Shown one piece after another: positions 13,200 through 25,944 of a stretch of 64,000 nt of DNA. Where the stretch lies: positions 248,001 through 312,000 of the forward strand of contig MU057398.1 in the NCBI GenBank assembly GCA_013265495.1, read 5' to 3'. Numbering within the stretch: the stretch's first letter is position 1; each line of letters opens with the position of its first letter. A program made the position numbers and the translations under genes. The notes under the pieces were generated by a model. That model had not been told where the DNA came from, searched no databases, and saw only the letters and a program-made list of their open reading frames with translations. The DNA is from Vicugna vicugna. Its lineage: Eukaryota.

Positions 13200-13425
13200 A
13201 CCAGGGGCAGCCAACTTCTCCCATCAAGGGCCAGAGAATGACTGTTTCTAGTTTTGTGGGCCAAGTCTCTGTCTAAAGTACACACCTCTGTCCTTGGATC
13301 TCAAAGATAGCCGCAGACAATGCATAAAGGAATGGGCGTGGCTGTGTGCCCAGTCAGACTGGATTTCCAAAACCAGGTTGAGGGCCAGAGTTAGCTCATG
13401 GGCCACAGTTGGCCAACACCTTGTC
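13200..13425. mobile_element. MER58-like hAT-Charlie DNA transposon remnant
   Basis: ~225 bp from ccaggggcagccaac..aagggccag to gggccacagttggccaacaccttg, with internal aatgggcgtggctgtgtgcccag typical of MER58A. Confidence 0.65.
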
Positions 13426-14598
13426 TAAAGCGAGGAAACCAAACCCTAGGACCTTGGACCTGGAAATGATTTCAGAAGTCAGGTTGTGTCCACTCACTCA
13501 CTTCGGGACAGTCTGGCTTCCCCATTCAGCCCAAGGCCAGCTGCCTAGTGGAAGGCAAAGGCAGAAGGCTTTGCATCGACTCTGACTTCTGGAAGCAAGA
13601 GGGAGCCCACGCTGTGGGAGCCAGGGAAGGAGCAGAGAGGAGCAGCAGCTCTGTGGCTGGTAAAGCTCATGAGATTCAAGTGCATGTGTAAGGCAAAGGG
13701 GGAGCAGCCAACAGAGACAGAGCAGGGTCCTGTGGGACTCAGGACTTGGGGCACCTGAACTCTGCTGGGGCCGTGGGCTGCCATGGCCAGAGAGCAGGGC
13801 ATTGTGAGAAGCTCTTCCTTGCAGGGAGTTACGCTGATCTGAGGTCTGCAGATGCCAGGGGGGTGGCCAGGGAAGGTGTAGAAGGCCTGAGTGGAGGGAC
13901 AATATGGCAGATTCTGGGGACTGAAAGAAGCTGTCTGGCTTGGAGAGTGAAGAGGAGGATCAGTGTCAGGTAGCAGTAGATTGTGAAGGGCCTCTGGTGG
14001 CAGGAGATGCAGGATGGAAGGGTCTGTGAAGGGAAATGAGGACCCAATCCAATGCACTAGCAGCGGGCAGGGGGTGGGGCTGAACAGGACAAACTCGGTG
14101 GGTGCAGATCAAAAGTGGGACCATTGTCCATCTTGGATGCCTCTGGATGGGGGACTGGCAGGGCCTTGGGCCTGGAGCTCTGAAGAGGGGCCTGGGCTGC
14201 AGTCCCTGGTTATAGCCAGATGAGCCCCAGAGCCGTGACCAGGGCTAGGAGGTGGGGCTGGGGGTGTGGACAGAGAGGAGGAGGATCAGGGCCAGGCCAG
14301 GGTTCTGGAGACCCTGGGACAGAGGAAGGAGCAGTGGAGGAAACAGACAGAGAAATTGGTGAGGCAGGAGGAGGGCCACACAGGGGCAAAGTCAGGGAAG
14401 CCGGGACAAGTTTCTGGAAAGAGGGGCAGTTGGCCCCTGAGGGATCAGATAAGATGGATACACAGAAGGGCCACTGGACTTAGCTGCAGGGAGACTGATG
14501 GCCGGGTAGGCCTGGGCATGGCCGCAACTGGCTACAGCCGTGGGAGTCAGGGGGGCCGAGAAGAGGACGCCAAGAAGCCAGGGAGAGAGACCCACTAG

Positions 14599-15303
<705 letters not shown>

Positions 15304-17905
15304 GCAGAACTGCCCTCGGCGCGCGCACACCCACACACGCGCGCGCGCTCGGCCGGCGGCACCAGCCTGCGAGGAGCGCCCGCCAGGCAGCTGGAGACCT
15401 TGCTCAATGGCGCTTGCGAGAAGCCGATCCTTTCTAGGCTTCTTACCCAGGATGGAGGAGGAGGAGGTGGAGGGAGAGACCAGAGAGCAAGAAGAGTGGT
15501 GTTACCCCCACTTTTTCTATCGAAGCTTTTTTTTTTTTAATGAACACTGTAATTGCACCAGATGTTCACCGTTTGGGCTGTGCAATGAGGCAGGGGCTGG
15601 TTTTGATTTGTTGGGAGGAGGTTCGTTGCACCCTCTGCGGAGCCATTGGAGCAGCAGATTCACACAAAAAGAGAAAAGGCGAGCAGCCCCGCTCTGCAGG
15701 GCCAGGAGTATTCTCTGCCCAGACAGCCCCCCGTGGGAGCCGCCTGCAAACACACAACGGCGTCGCCCAGCACCCCAGCCCCAGGACGCGTGCTGCCAGT
15801 CTGCGTGTGCGTGTGTGCATAGACACGTGTGTGTGCGTCTAGACATATACGTGCATATAGGACCAGATGCATCTTTAAAGAATAAGGAACTATTTATCAG
15901 CATGATATCTCCATTTTTCTTATCAGGTGTTTTCATTTTGAAATTTCATTATTTATTGTGGCAGGGTTTTTGGGGGGGGGGGAGCGCAAGGCCAGAGCAG
16001 TTGTAATACAATCAGAACATTTGGAACATTTGCACTTTGAGACCCCTGCCTATAGAAGAAGAAAAAAAAAACCTGTCGATGGAATTTTTTATTTAAAAGG
16101 AAAATACCAAAGTATTGATGAGAACGACCTCCTCCAGCAGGCGGAAGGGGGAGGTTTGCTTTCAGTTTCCTTTGGGTCCAACTCCAATTCCAAGTCCTGA
16201 ATTCTGGCTGGTGGGCTTTCTCTGTCTGCACCTCAATTGCAAGAGCATAAGACCCCGCCCCCAGTGGTAGCTGACATCCTGGAACAATCCAGAACCCCCA
16301 AGCAGCCCCGGGAGAGCCAGGTCTGCCAGGTGGGGACGGGGAAGTGTGCCAAGAGTCCGAAAGAAAGCAGAGGGAGAACAACCATCGAAACCTAAGAGGA
16401 GCTGACAAGACCACAGCGCAGACCCCAGTGCCCTCAGCGCCTCCACCTGGATTCCCACTCTGCTTTAGCAAAAGCCCAGAAGTTCTTGCTGAGGGAACTG
16501 CAAAGCACCTGGGAAAGGTTCTCAGTCACCACCGACCAAAGCACTCTCCTGATCCTGGTCTTCTCATTCAAGGCCAACTCTGACCATGAGGGAGGGCATG
16601 GATGTGTGTCTTCAGCCACCTCAGGCACCCTCCGGGAAGCAGAAGCAAAAGCAAAGCTCCTGGGAGCGACAGTCCCCATCTCCATGGCCCTCCTTGCACC
16701 TGTGGCTCTACCTCTTGGGGTGGAAGGCTGAGGAGGTCAGCCGGCTGAGCACCCAGTCTGCAGGTGGGGAGAGCTGGGCCTGGGCTCCCCAGATGGTTCC
16801 CTCGGGAGCCTCTCCTTGGAGTGTGGGCACCCAGCGTGCCAAGCCTCAGTTTTCCCTGAATGCGTGATAACCAGGAAGGAAAATGCAGAAAAAGCAACGG
16901 TTCGTTTACCTTCTGAATTCACCTGCCTCACTTTTTGCAGGGAGGAGTTTGAGGTGCAACCTGTCACTTGGGCCTGGGGCTGAGCCCCTGGGGGACAGCT
17001 GGGAGCTGAGGGACCAAGGGTCAGAACAGAAGGGCAGATGTGGAGGGGCACACTCAGCAGCTGAGCAGCAGCTGGACTGGTGGCCAGGCTGGTTCACCCA
17101 TCACATCCCCACTGGCGGCAGCTTGTCTCAACTCCACCTGCATCTGTGAGCATCCGGACCACCGTCCAAAGTGCACTCTGTCCCCACTGTTAACAATAAG
17201 GCCATGTCACCCCTGAGCAGGTGTTGTCCAATCTTGGGCAAAGGAATTTCGGTGAGAAAAGCAAATCCCACTTAAAATGCCAGCTACAGGTAACTTAAAG
17301 CCATCCCTTTTTTCCAAAGGGCACATTTAGAATGTTACCCATTTGTAAATTGTTCCCTACTGTCCTTGTTTAAACAACAGCAAACAGGGCAACTCAATTT
17401 GTTGAGGGTCTGTGTGTTCGGAAACAAGAAGTAAAGTTGGAAATGTTTAAATTGAAGCAAATCAGCTACTCTCATGGACTTCTCTTCATTCTCCATTGTA
17501 GACACATTGCTAGAACAAATGGTCGACGTGTAGTCAAACCCTCACTGCTGCTGTACAAAGTTGCCTAACGTACGCGTCGACTGTTCAGTCCCCAGGCTGC
17601 CTTTCCACGGGGTGTGGGGCTCAGATTGCTGCTCTGGTTTCTGTACAGGTTTCAGGCCAAGGGTCCTGTCTCATCAGGAAGCCCCTCACTATAAAGCATT
17701 ATATTGTATGGAATGGCTTGGTCAACTGTGTTTCAGTTATTAACTCAGTTTTACATCTTTATCTGCCTGTTATGAAGATGAACAAAAACATCTTAATGAG
17801 GAAGACCACAGATGCATAATAATTTAAAGTCTGTAGTTAAATTTCCTAATTTAAAGAATAGACCAAAATTTCTGTGTATTAAAAAAAATGAAAGGCTCCT
17901 ACAAT
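15304..17905 (+). other. ATP2B3: ATP2B3 3' UTR (approximate end)
   Basis: Follows the stop codon, contains AU-rich blocks (15880-16110, 17250-17890) and no obvious interspersed repeats, ends near an ATTAAA. Confidence 0.7.
17878..17883 (+). terminator. Probable ATP2B3 polyadenylation signal (ATTAAA)
   Basis: ATTAAA at the end of an AU-rich block, with GU/U-rich sequence downstream (gtgtatgatttctt). Confidence 0.6.
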
Positions 17906-18227
17906 CCCAGTCTGGGTAACGTGTATGATTTCTTACTGGGTAAAGTCTTGTATGGAACCCAGGAGAGGTGTTTTCCTCCCCTTTACCAAGCTGGGGTGAG
18001 CCCTGGGGGAGGCGGGGTTCCCTGGGCATGTGGCCACCTTTCTGATCCGAAAGAAAGGAGGAAAGGGCTTGCCCACCCTGGGGTCAGTGGCGCTCCTAGC
18101 AGAGGTTTGCATGGTGGTCCTCCATTGTCCTGACCCAGAAGGGCCTGGCCTGAGTCTCCAAGCTGGCATCCTCAGGGTGGGGGGCACCCAAATGCCTGAA
18201 CCCTGGCACACATGCAGACTCCCTCTT

Positions 18228-18880
18228 TTTTCATTGTGATAAAATACACACAGTATAAAAGTTGCCATTTTTACCATTTTTAAGTGCACAGCTCAGTGGC
18301 ACTAAGCACATTCACATTGTTGTGCAACCATCCCTGCAATCCACCTCCAGAACTTTTTCGATCCTCCCAAACTGAATCTCTGTCTCCACAAAACACTGAC
18401 TCCTCCAGCCCCTGGCCCCACCCTCCTACTCTGTCTCTAGGAATCCGGCTGCTCTAGACATCTCATACAAGTGGAATCATAAACTATGTGTCTGTCCTTT
18501 TATGACTGGATGATTTCACTGGGCATAATGTCTTCAGGGTCCATCCATGTCATAGCAGGTGTCAGCATGTCCTTCCTTTTTCATTCTAAATAACAGCTCA
18601 CTGTATGGTTGGAGCACAGCTTGTTTCTCTGTTCATCCAGCAACGAACATCTGGGGGTGGTTTCCACCTTTTGGCTACTGTGAATCATGCAGCTGTGAAC
18701 AAGAGTGTACAAACATCTTTTCGAGTCCCTGCTTTCACTTCTTTGGGGCAGATACCCAGAAGTGGAAGGGCTGCATCCTATGATAACCTGCTGTTTAACC
18801 TTTTGAGTAACCGCCAGACAGTTTTCCAAAGCAGCGGCACCACTTTATATTCCCCCGAGCAGTGCTCAAATGTTCCAACC
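18228..18880 (-). mobile_element. L1 (L1MB-like) 3' end fragment
   Basis: Antisense L1M 3' sequence: ttttaagtgcacagctcagtggcactaagcacattcacattgttgtgcaaccatc...ggcagatacccagaagtgg...ttttgagtaaccgccagacagttttccaaagc. Confidence 0.85.
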
Positions 18881-19533
18881 ACAGATTTCCTCTTTAACCC
18901 AAAGCCATGGAAAGAAAACCCAAGATTTTCAACTTAATCACTTGCTCCCATCCCTTCCTTCACTCACTAGGCATCTTTGAACACCTGTGCATGGGGACAT
19001 CCATGGCCCAGCCCCTCTGCTCTGCCAGCAGAGCCACGAGGGCAGCTCTGGCCCAAGATTTGCCAATGACTACCACGGCAACAGTGCCAAGAGTCCCTGC
19101 ATCTCGTTGCCTCATATTGCTATTCCTCCGCTCTGCATGTCACCCTTGTAGACTTGGCAGTGCCCGGGGAAACATTTTCCAGGGAAGCTGCCAAGAAATA
19201 AGAAACAGGATTTTTTTAATTCAAATGATACTCCTTAACCCCTCTTTCCAAAACGCATGCTCACTCACCAAGCAGAATGACTGCCAAGCCATGCAAGTGC
19301 CCCAGTGGAGGAGCACGAAGGACACGTGGGCTCCTACAGGGGACATCCCACACTGTGCCATCATGCCTTCAGGGACTGATGGAGGGCCTGCCCCAAGAAC
19401 ACGAGGCACACAAAGGGCAGTTCCACCTGCACAGCACTTTAAGGGAAACCGAGTCTGTACAGCACCCACAAAGCCCCCAGGGTGCACGGGCTACAAAGCA
19501 AACACAGAGTATCTCTGCTGATTTGCATCATCT

Positions 19534-19539
19534 TTTATT
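19534..19539 (-). terminator. CCNQ polyadenylation signal (AATAAA)
   Basis: tttatt on + is AATAAA on -, ~440 nt past the CCNQ stop, followed on - by GU-rich ctctgtgtttgctttgt. Confidence 0.75.
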
Positions 19540-19979
19540 ACACAAAAATAAAATTCCATCTATGTGGCACATTCATACTTGCTATAAATCTGGCTTTTAA
19601 AAAATCCCCAGGGGTGCAGTCCCATCCTTTCTTTGATTTTCCTTCCTATGACGTCACGCCTGGACAGCAGTTGGTGTCCTCCCAAAGGACAAAAGCAGAC
19701 GCTCCGCTGACTCCACAGGCTGCCCCACGTGGTGCGCTCCCGGCCTGCCAGCTGGAGGCGCCACTTCCATCACCATCTGGACCGCGGCTGCCGGGGACAC
19801 TCAAAGCATGAGAACCAAGTTGGCAGTACACCATCGCCTTCACCAGCCCGTCTCCAGCAGCACACAACCAGCCCTCCCAGCTGGTCCTCTGGGGGCCGGC
19901 CTTCACGGCCCTGTGGTGGTGCCGTCCCCAGGCAGCCGGGCGCCCCGGGCTTCTCTTTAGGCAGGCCTGGACCAGGGCC

Positions 19980-20069
19980 TTAGGGGATCTCTGTGTCCAT
20001 GGTATAAATCTGAATGAGATCAGACACAATGTTATCAATGATTGGCTTGGTAAGGTCTTCACTAAACAC
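19980..20069 (-). CDS. CCNQ: CCNQ exon 5 (last coding exon)
   Basis: ctttctAG acceptor on -. Translates VFSEDLTKPIIDNIVSDLIQIYTMDTEIP*, the cyclin Q/M C-terminus. Too short for the ORF track. Confidence 0.96.
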   Translation of the reverse strand: MFSEDLTKPIIDNIVSDLIQIYTMDTEIP

Positions 20070-20575
20070 CTAGAAAGGAGAAGGAAAACAGGTTCCAATT
20101 AGACTCCCTCTGTACTAAACAAGGCACCCATCACTAAGTGCACAATCACGTGGCACGGGGGGATGGCATGGGGACCTGGCCATCGGAAATGATGGTGGCT
20201 CTCTGGAAAGCCAGTTCAGTCACAGCCTGCCAGGACTGGTCCCAGAGCAGAGAACACTCCAGATGGAAGAGGCCTTGGTGATTGTCCAACTCAGATAAGA
20301 AAGGGGACTTGTCCCAGGTGACACAGGAAGTCGGTGACAGAGCTGGACCCAGAGCACAGGTTCCTGCCTCTTACCAGGGCTCTCAGGTCCAGGGTCTCGG
20401 GTGGAGGGGGCAATAGGAGAGGAGGGAGCAGGAGTCTATTTCCATAAACAAGCAAGATAGGTCACCTGGACCCCACCCCACCCTTGGGCACCCTTGGCCA
20501 CCCCCTGGGAAACATGGCCCTGCTCTCTGTCGTGGACCAGACTTCCTCTTGACTCTGCAAGGGAGCTTAGAAAAT

Positions 20576-21171
20576 TGTAAGGTGAGTCCCCAGGGGCCCA
20601 AACCAAGAGGGCTAACCCTGCACATTTCTAAGGAAGGTCTGGACCTGGCCTGGCTCCTGGGAGGGAACCTCTAGGCCCTGGCATGTTCTGCCTGATGAAA
20701 GGGTCTTGGTTTGCCAGGGGCCAAGGGCCCTGCCAGGCAGTCTCTGCCAACAGCGTGATTCCTGGTGGGGCCTGAGGCCGCATGTCTCAGCTTGACCTCC
20801 AGGGTGCGGGGACCCAGGAACTCAGGTCAGCTGGGCAGGTGCTCTGGGCCTCCAGGACCGATCCCCATCAAATCCCTGGACAGCAGCGCTCAGGGAGCGT
20901 CCCTGGTGACAGCAGTCCGCGCATGTTGTCACCTGTCACTGCTGGGAGAAAGGGCACTGCTCCACGACTTGGCTGGCGGGAGGCCCGGGAGCTCTCGCCT
21001 GGCGTCTCCCGGACCTGCCTTCTGCCCCTTTCATCTTGGCTGGTCTCACCCTGTGTCCTCCCCAGTCTCTGACCCTAACACCCGGAACCATGAGAACAGC
21101 TTTTCTCAACTCTGCAAGTCCTCCTGGTGACACAGCGAGCCCGAGGGAGCCCCTGGGGACCCCTGATGACA
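20576..21171 (+). mobile_element. Solo LTR, MER21-like, in CCNQ intron 4
   Basis: TGT...ACA ends and MER21-type blocks (gctcctgggagggaacctctaggccctgg; catgttgtcacctgtcactgctgggaga; aaccatgagaacagcttttctc; ggggacccctgatgaca). Confidence 0.6.
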
Positions 21172-21534
21172 CGGGAAGTAAAAAGTAAATCAAGGCACCC
21201 CTGGTTGGATGCTGTGGTCCCTCAAGCCAGGGGCTTGCTGCGTGGGGGTCAAAGTACCACAAGGGTCAAGGCCTGGGGCTGAGCCAGGGCCAAAGTTGGA
21301 CTGAGTCCACCCCCTCCATGGTCACCAAAGAAAGCTCAAACCTTCCATGGGCTCCCATGTCCAGTGGGGGCCAGTGACTGGGAAATGCCTCCAACCTCTG
21401 GCTCAGGAAGATCGGTCATCTCCCCTGGACTCCAGGTGGAAAACAAACACTTGAGAAATACGGGCTTACTTGTCATGTCCACTACCTGTGTGACCCTGCA
21501 GACCCCAAGCCGAGAAACGACCATTAAAAAGTAG

Positions 21535-21670
21535 TCCAGGGCCAAAAGGTGGAAGCAACCCAAGCGTCCATGCACAGAGGGATGGACAAACACAATGTGG
21601 TCCAGCCACCCCATGGAACAGGACTCAGCCTTAAAAAGGATGGAAATGCAGACACCTGCTGCCACATGCT
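21535..21670 (+). mobile_element. Short L1M 3' fragment
   Basis: gccaaaaggtggaagcaacccaagcgtcca...ggatggacaaacacaatgtgg...cagccttaaaaaggatggaaat. Confidence 0.7.
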
Positions 21671-23374
21671 ACTGCGACCCAGAGGCCCAATGCAGCCTGG
21701 CACAAAGGGCTGCTCCGCTACCATCACGCAGACAAACAACAACAGAGAGGCCAATCCACTAGGAGCGGCGGCTAGGAGAACACGAGGAGGGCCAGTGCCT
21801 CACAGTTGGGGAAAGTGCCCCAGGGCTTGTGGGCAGGGTGGAGGCAGCCGCCCATCACTGAGCAAGCGGCCCTGTCACCTCATATGCCCAGAGGGTTCCC
21901 AGATCCCCATGCACATAGCCCAGAGCAGCCCAGAAAGAGTGAAGAACTAGGGAAAACATGAGCTTCTCCCCAGCCTGAAGAGGGATGTAAGTCTGTGCTG
22001 CCCAGAAAACAGGCACTCTTCTGTCATGAGGGCCAGAGCAGAGGGGAGCAGAGGCAGCACAGAAAGGCAGGCACGTGGAGAAGCCATGACAGGAAACAAG
22101 TGACGACATCACAGATTCAAGTAGCCCAGGACCAGGGCCACCGTGTCCACCAGATGCCCTTGAACAGCAGGGCCAGGAAGCAGCAGCCCCTTCTGCCATC
22201 ACCTGATTCAACCGAGCGTGGACACCATGCTCATGCGATCCGGAAGGCCCTGAGAAGCACAATATTGTCCGCAACAGTCAATCTTTGACCCCCATGCTGC
22301 CATGGGGGTGTGTCAGGCCCGGGGCCGGGGTTACAGACGCGACTGTTCAAAGACACTTGCACAGCTGCTCCCTGCCAGGCCCAGGCGCTGGACGTGGGGA
22401 GGCTGATAAAGCGGCCAAGATCCCTGGCCTCCAGGTGCTTACAGTCCAGGGGGCTGAGGGCGGGGGGGCAGGGGGTAGTGTGCGGAGTTAGACAGGCCAT
22501 AAAGGACAAGGAAGCAGAGGGCAGGAGAAGCTGCGGTCTCCCGGGGAGGGTGTGCAGGCAGAGGAGGCTCCCTCCGGAAAGGGGGTGGGGTGCCATTTGA
22601 GCCAAAAGCTACAGGAGGGGAGGGGCCAGGAGCAGGTCCAGGAAGGCGTCCAGGGAATACTCTGTTCAGGAAGCAGGTGGCACACTTGAGAAGACCTCTG
22701 GCCACTGTGGCTTTGCAGGGGACGGGTGGTACACAAAACGGAGGAGACCTCAGGTACCTCAAACTCTGCTTACACACAATCTCATTTGAAGGCAAGGGCA
22801 GATGATGAGGTGTTGTGAAGAAAGGAAATTTCACATATGGGAAAGGAAAAACTGAAAATGATCTCAAAATTCCCTTTTGAGAAAGAGGGGGACTACTCAG
22901 GGAAAACCAGCCAGTACTGCAGCCCATCCCACAGACAGAGCTCAACTGCCTGTCCACACACTGCTCTTCAGCTTCAGGAGGTCTGGGGGAGGCAGGGGCT
23001 CCACCAGTCACCGTACAGGGGCCTTGGTAATGCCTTGTCATGCCAACGTCTGGCCCCGAACAGCTTCGGTGCCCTTCAAAATTGACCACAACCGCCCCAT
23101 TTTTCCTAAGGGGCCTGTGCAACAGCGAACACCGATTCCAACTGTTCTGTGCTTTATCACTAGCTGGTTCCTTCTCTCTCTCACCTGTCACCCCTCCATG
23201 AACATCTGCCTAACCTCCATCATGTGCCTAATTCATCCACCCCCACCCCTTACCAATCGTCCATTGGTATCTGTCATCTGTCTACCCACATATCATCCAC
23301 CCGTCTTCTTGGAGCATCTCTGTACCTCTTCCACTGAGAAGCCAAACTTACCAACCTCTGATCTATGACAAGAG

Positions 23375-23545
23375 AAGCAGCTCTCAACCCGGGGTGACCT
23401 CCACCCACGACAGCTGGCTGAGTCTGGGCACAGTTTTGGTTGTCAGGACGGGGGGCAGGATGCTGCTCAACAGCCTGTAGTGCCCAGGACAGCCCCCAGA
23501 GCCATCTGGCCCCGAACGTCCACAGGGTCGAGGGGGAGAGCCCAC
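23375..23545. mobile_element. MER20-like hAT DNA transposon remnant
   Basis: cagctctcaacccgggg...ttttggttgtca...ggatgctgctcaacagcctgtagtgcccaggacagccccc...tctggccccgaacgtc. Confidence 0.7.
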
Positions 23546-23701
23546 CTCGGACTATCATGACAGTGTATTTTCAAGCTTCAGCGTTCCCAAGTAGCCCACA
23601 TCTTTCTTCCTGGATAACTGAACACTAGGCAGGGGGACCTCTGAAAGTCCCTAGGCAAAGAGAAGGGAGATCCACACCAGTGCATAGGGCAGTCACCTCA
23701 C

Positions 23702-23929
23702 CTGCCACCACGGCTTCTCGGCCTCGGCCTCGGCGGGCACCTCGACCCCATAGGCCTGCAAGGCCAGGTGGAGCACTGCCACAGCTATGTGCTGAGCCCG
23801 GAAGCGGAGGCACAGCCCGCCATGGTAGCTGTCCCGCAGCAGGGCCCAGGCAGTGACGGAGACGGGCGTCCGCTGCCAACTGTACCGATTCAGCCAGTTC
23901 TTGAGGGAAATCAGGTAGTGGAGCAGGTA
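23702..23929 (-). CDS. CCNQ: CCNQ exon 4
   Basis: 228 nt, tttgcAG / CAG|GTgagg. Translates [76 protein letters not shown]. Confidence 0.97.
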
Positions 23930-24869
23930 CTGCAAAGACACGCCAGTCAGCCAGTTGGCCTTCGGGGCTCCACTTCCCCCCACCCCTGTCTCCTTACTGT
24001 GAGACTCTGTGGCCCCTCTGCCCGCTAGCCCCTCTCCCCTGAGCTGTCGCACTGTGTATGAAACATAGATCGGATCGAGTCACTTCCCTGTTCAAACCCT
24101 CCAACAGCTCCCAGTGTCACTTAGAAAAAGCCCCAGTGCCTTCCGCTGGCCTCCAAGCCCTGCCTCTCGGGCCTCACACCGCCCTCTCTCCTGCCGTGTT
24201 TGACTCAGCCAGGCGCATCCCACCCGAAATCACATCCACCCCTGCTCAGGCCCCAAGTGCCTGCCCCTCTCACCCTCCAGTCCAGCTCCTGAAACCCACC
24301 TGGGCCACTCCTGATGGCCACCCCCACCACCATCCCTCTCCATCGACGTGGCCCTGCTCTGGCCACCATCAGAAATCATTCTGCTCATCCCCTTGGCCCA
24401 ACTCAAACATAAGGTCCAGAAACAGCACCCTCATCTGGAGAACAGAAGACAGCACCCCTGCGTCCAGCCTGAGGCTCGAGGCCTAGAGGCTGATGACTGC
24501 AGTTTTCTAGCAGTGCCACGGCCAGTGTCGCCGCAGCGGCATCCTCGGCCGTGAACTCTTCCTGCTTCCCCAGCACAGCTGTCTGTCAGCTCCCGCTCTG
24601 GGAAGGCGGCTGCTCCGCCTGAATATCACGCTCCTGAACAGACCAGTGAGCCCACTGGCCAGGCTGGGGCACAGACGCTTGGGACCCCAGCCGCCATCGT
24701 ACACCCCATCCGCACCCAATGGAGGGGAGCCCCACTCCCGTCCACAGCCGGCCCAGGGTGGCCCCTGCCTTTCAGCTGCACTCTGCCCTGAAAGGAAACA
24801 TAATGGTGGGAGGACCCCACCAGGGGTTTCTGGGATTAGGAAGGCGGTGGGGTGAGATTCTAAGAAAGG

Positions 24870-25185
24870 CAACATGAGGGCCTTCTATGGTGACGGACCT
24901 GTTTTCCATCTTAACTGTGGCGGTAGCTACAGGGAAGTACGCACCTGGGACAAGGGCACGGTGCTGGATTACACAGCACCACCAGGACAAGTCACAAGCG
25001 AGCAGCGCCCAGACTGGGGGGCGAGGGTAGGCCGCAGGACACCCTGACAGTTAGACTGTATCAGAGTTTTGCAAAATTTGGGAGACTGAGCAGTCTCTAT
25101 CTCACACGGGGTCTCTGCACTATCTCTTCCAATTGCTTATATATCTACAATTCACTCATCAAACATTTCAGTTAAAAAGAAACAA
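24870..25185 (+). mobile_element. Degraded L1M 3' end fragment
   Basis: ggtgacggacctgttttccatcttaactgtggcggtagctaca...tctctgcactatctcttccaattgcttatatatctacaatt, then an A-rich tail. Confidence 0.55.
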
Positions 25186-25811
25186 AATCACAGAGCAGAG
25201 CCCCACGTCACAGCCCCTCCCCCACCTCTCTGTAGGCCACCCTCTCACACTGCCAACACAGGGGGTACAAGGCCCCTAAACAGTGCACCTATGTGCTCTA
25301 AGGGTTCATGTGTCCCTTTTGCTGCTGTTTGAAACAGTTCTTCTGTCGGGACTCACATGTTCCTAGCCGTTAAAAATGAGTGACTCGGCTTTTCTCGTAG
25401 GTTCCTAATAAGCACAGCTGAGCAGGATGGGAGCCCTGAGGCAGAGCAGTGACTCTTGGGGACAAGGACTCTGGCAGGTCACGAGAGCAGCCCTGCCTCC
25501 CCATGGCTCACTGGACACACAATTTGTACAGGTCTGGGGATCCGCATGGGCGTCAGATGGTCACAGAGATCCCAGCTTGTGGCCACAGCCGAGTGGGCGG
25601 AAAGGCGGAAGCTGAAATCAGAACTGCCTGGGAGAACCCAAGAGGGAGCGGGGACAAGAGAGGTGCCTGAGCTGGTCCCCATGAGCAGCAGGAGCATGCT
25701 GCACACTGCTCTTCCCCAGGCACCCCACATGGCTTAGGGGTGCACACTTTCCAGACAAAGAACAAAGAGGTTCGTGCCTCTGGATGCTGTCGCCAATCCC
25801 CTAACGTGTAC

Positions 25812-25944
25812 CTTGTGTGGGTGCTGGAAGGAGACTTGGAAACGCAGAACTCTCAGCACAAGAAGCTCGCACTGCACGATGCTGTCCCGGAGCTCCCAGA
25901 AGCGGGAGTCCAGCTCCAAGGGCTCACCGCCTGGGTGAAAGTAC
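25812..25944 (-). CDS. CCNQ: CCNQ exon 3
   Basis: 133 nt, gcacAG / AAG|GTacac. Translates (R)[44 protein letters not shown], phase consistent with exons 2 and 4. Confidence 0.97.
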
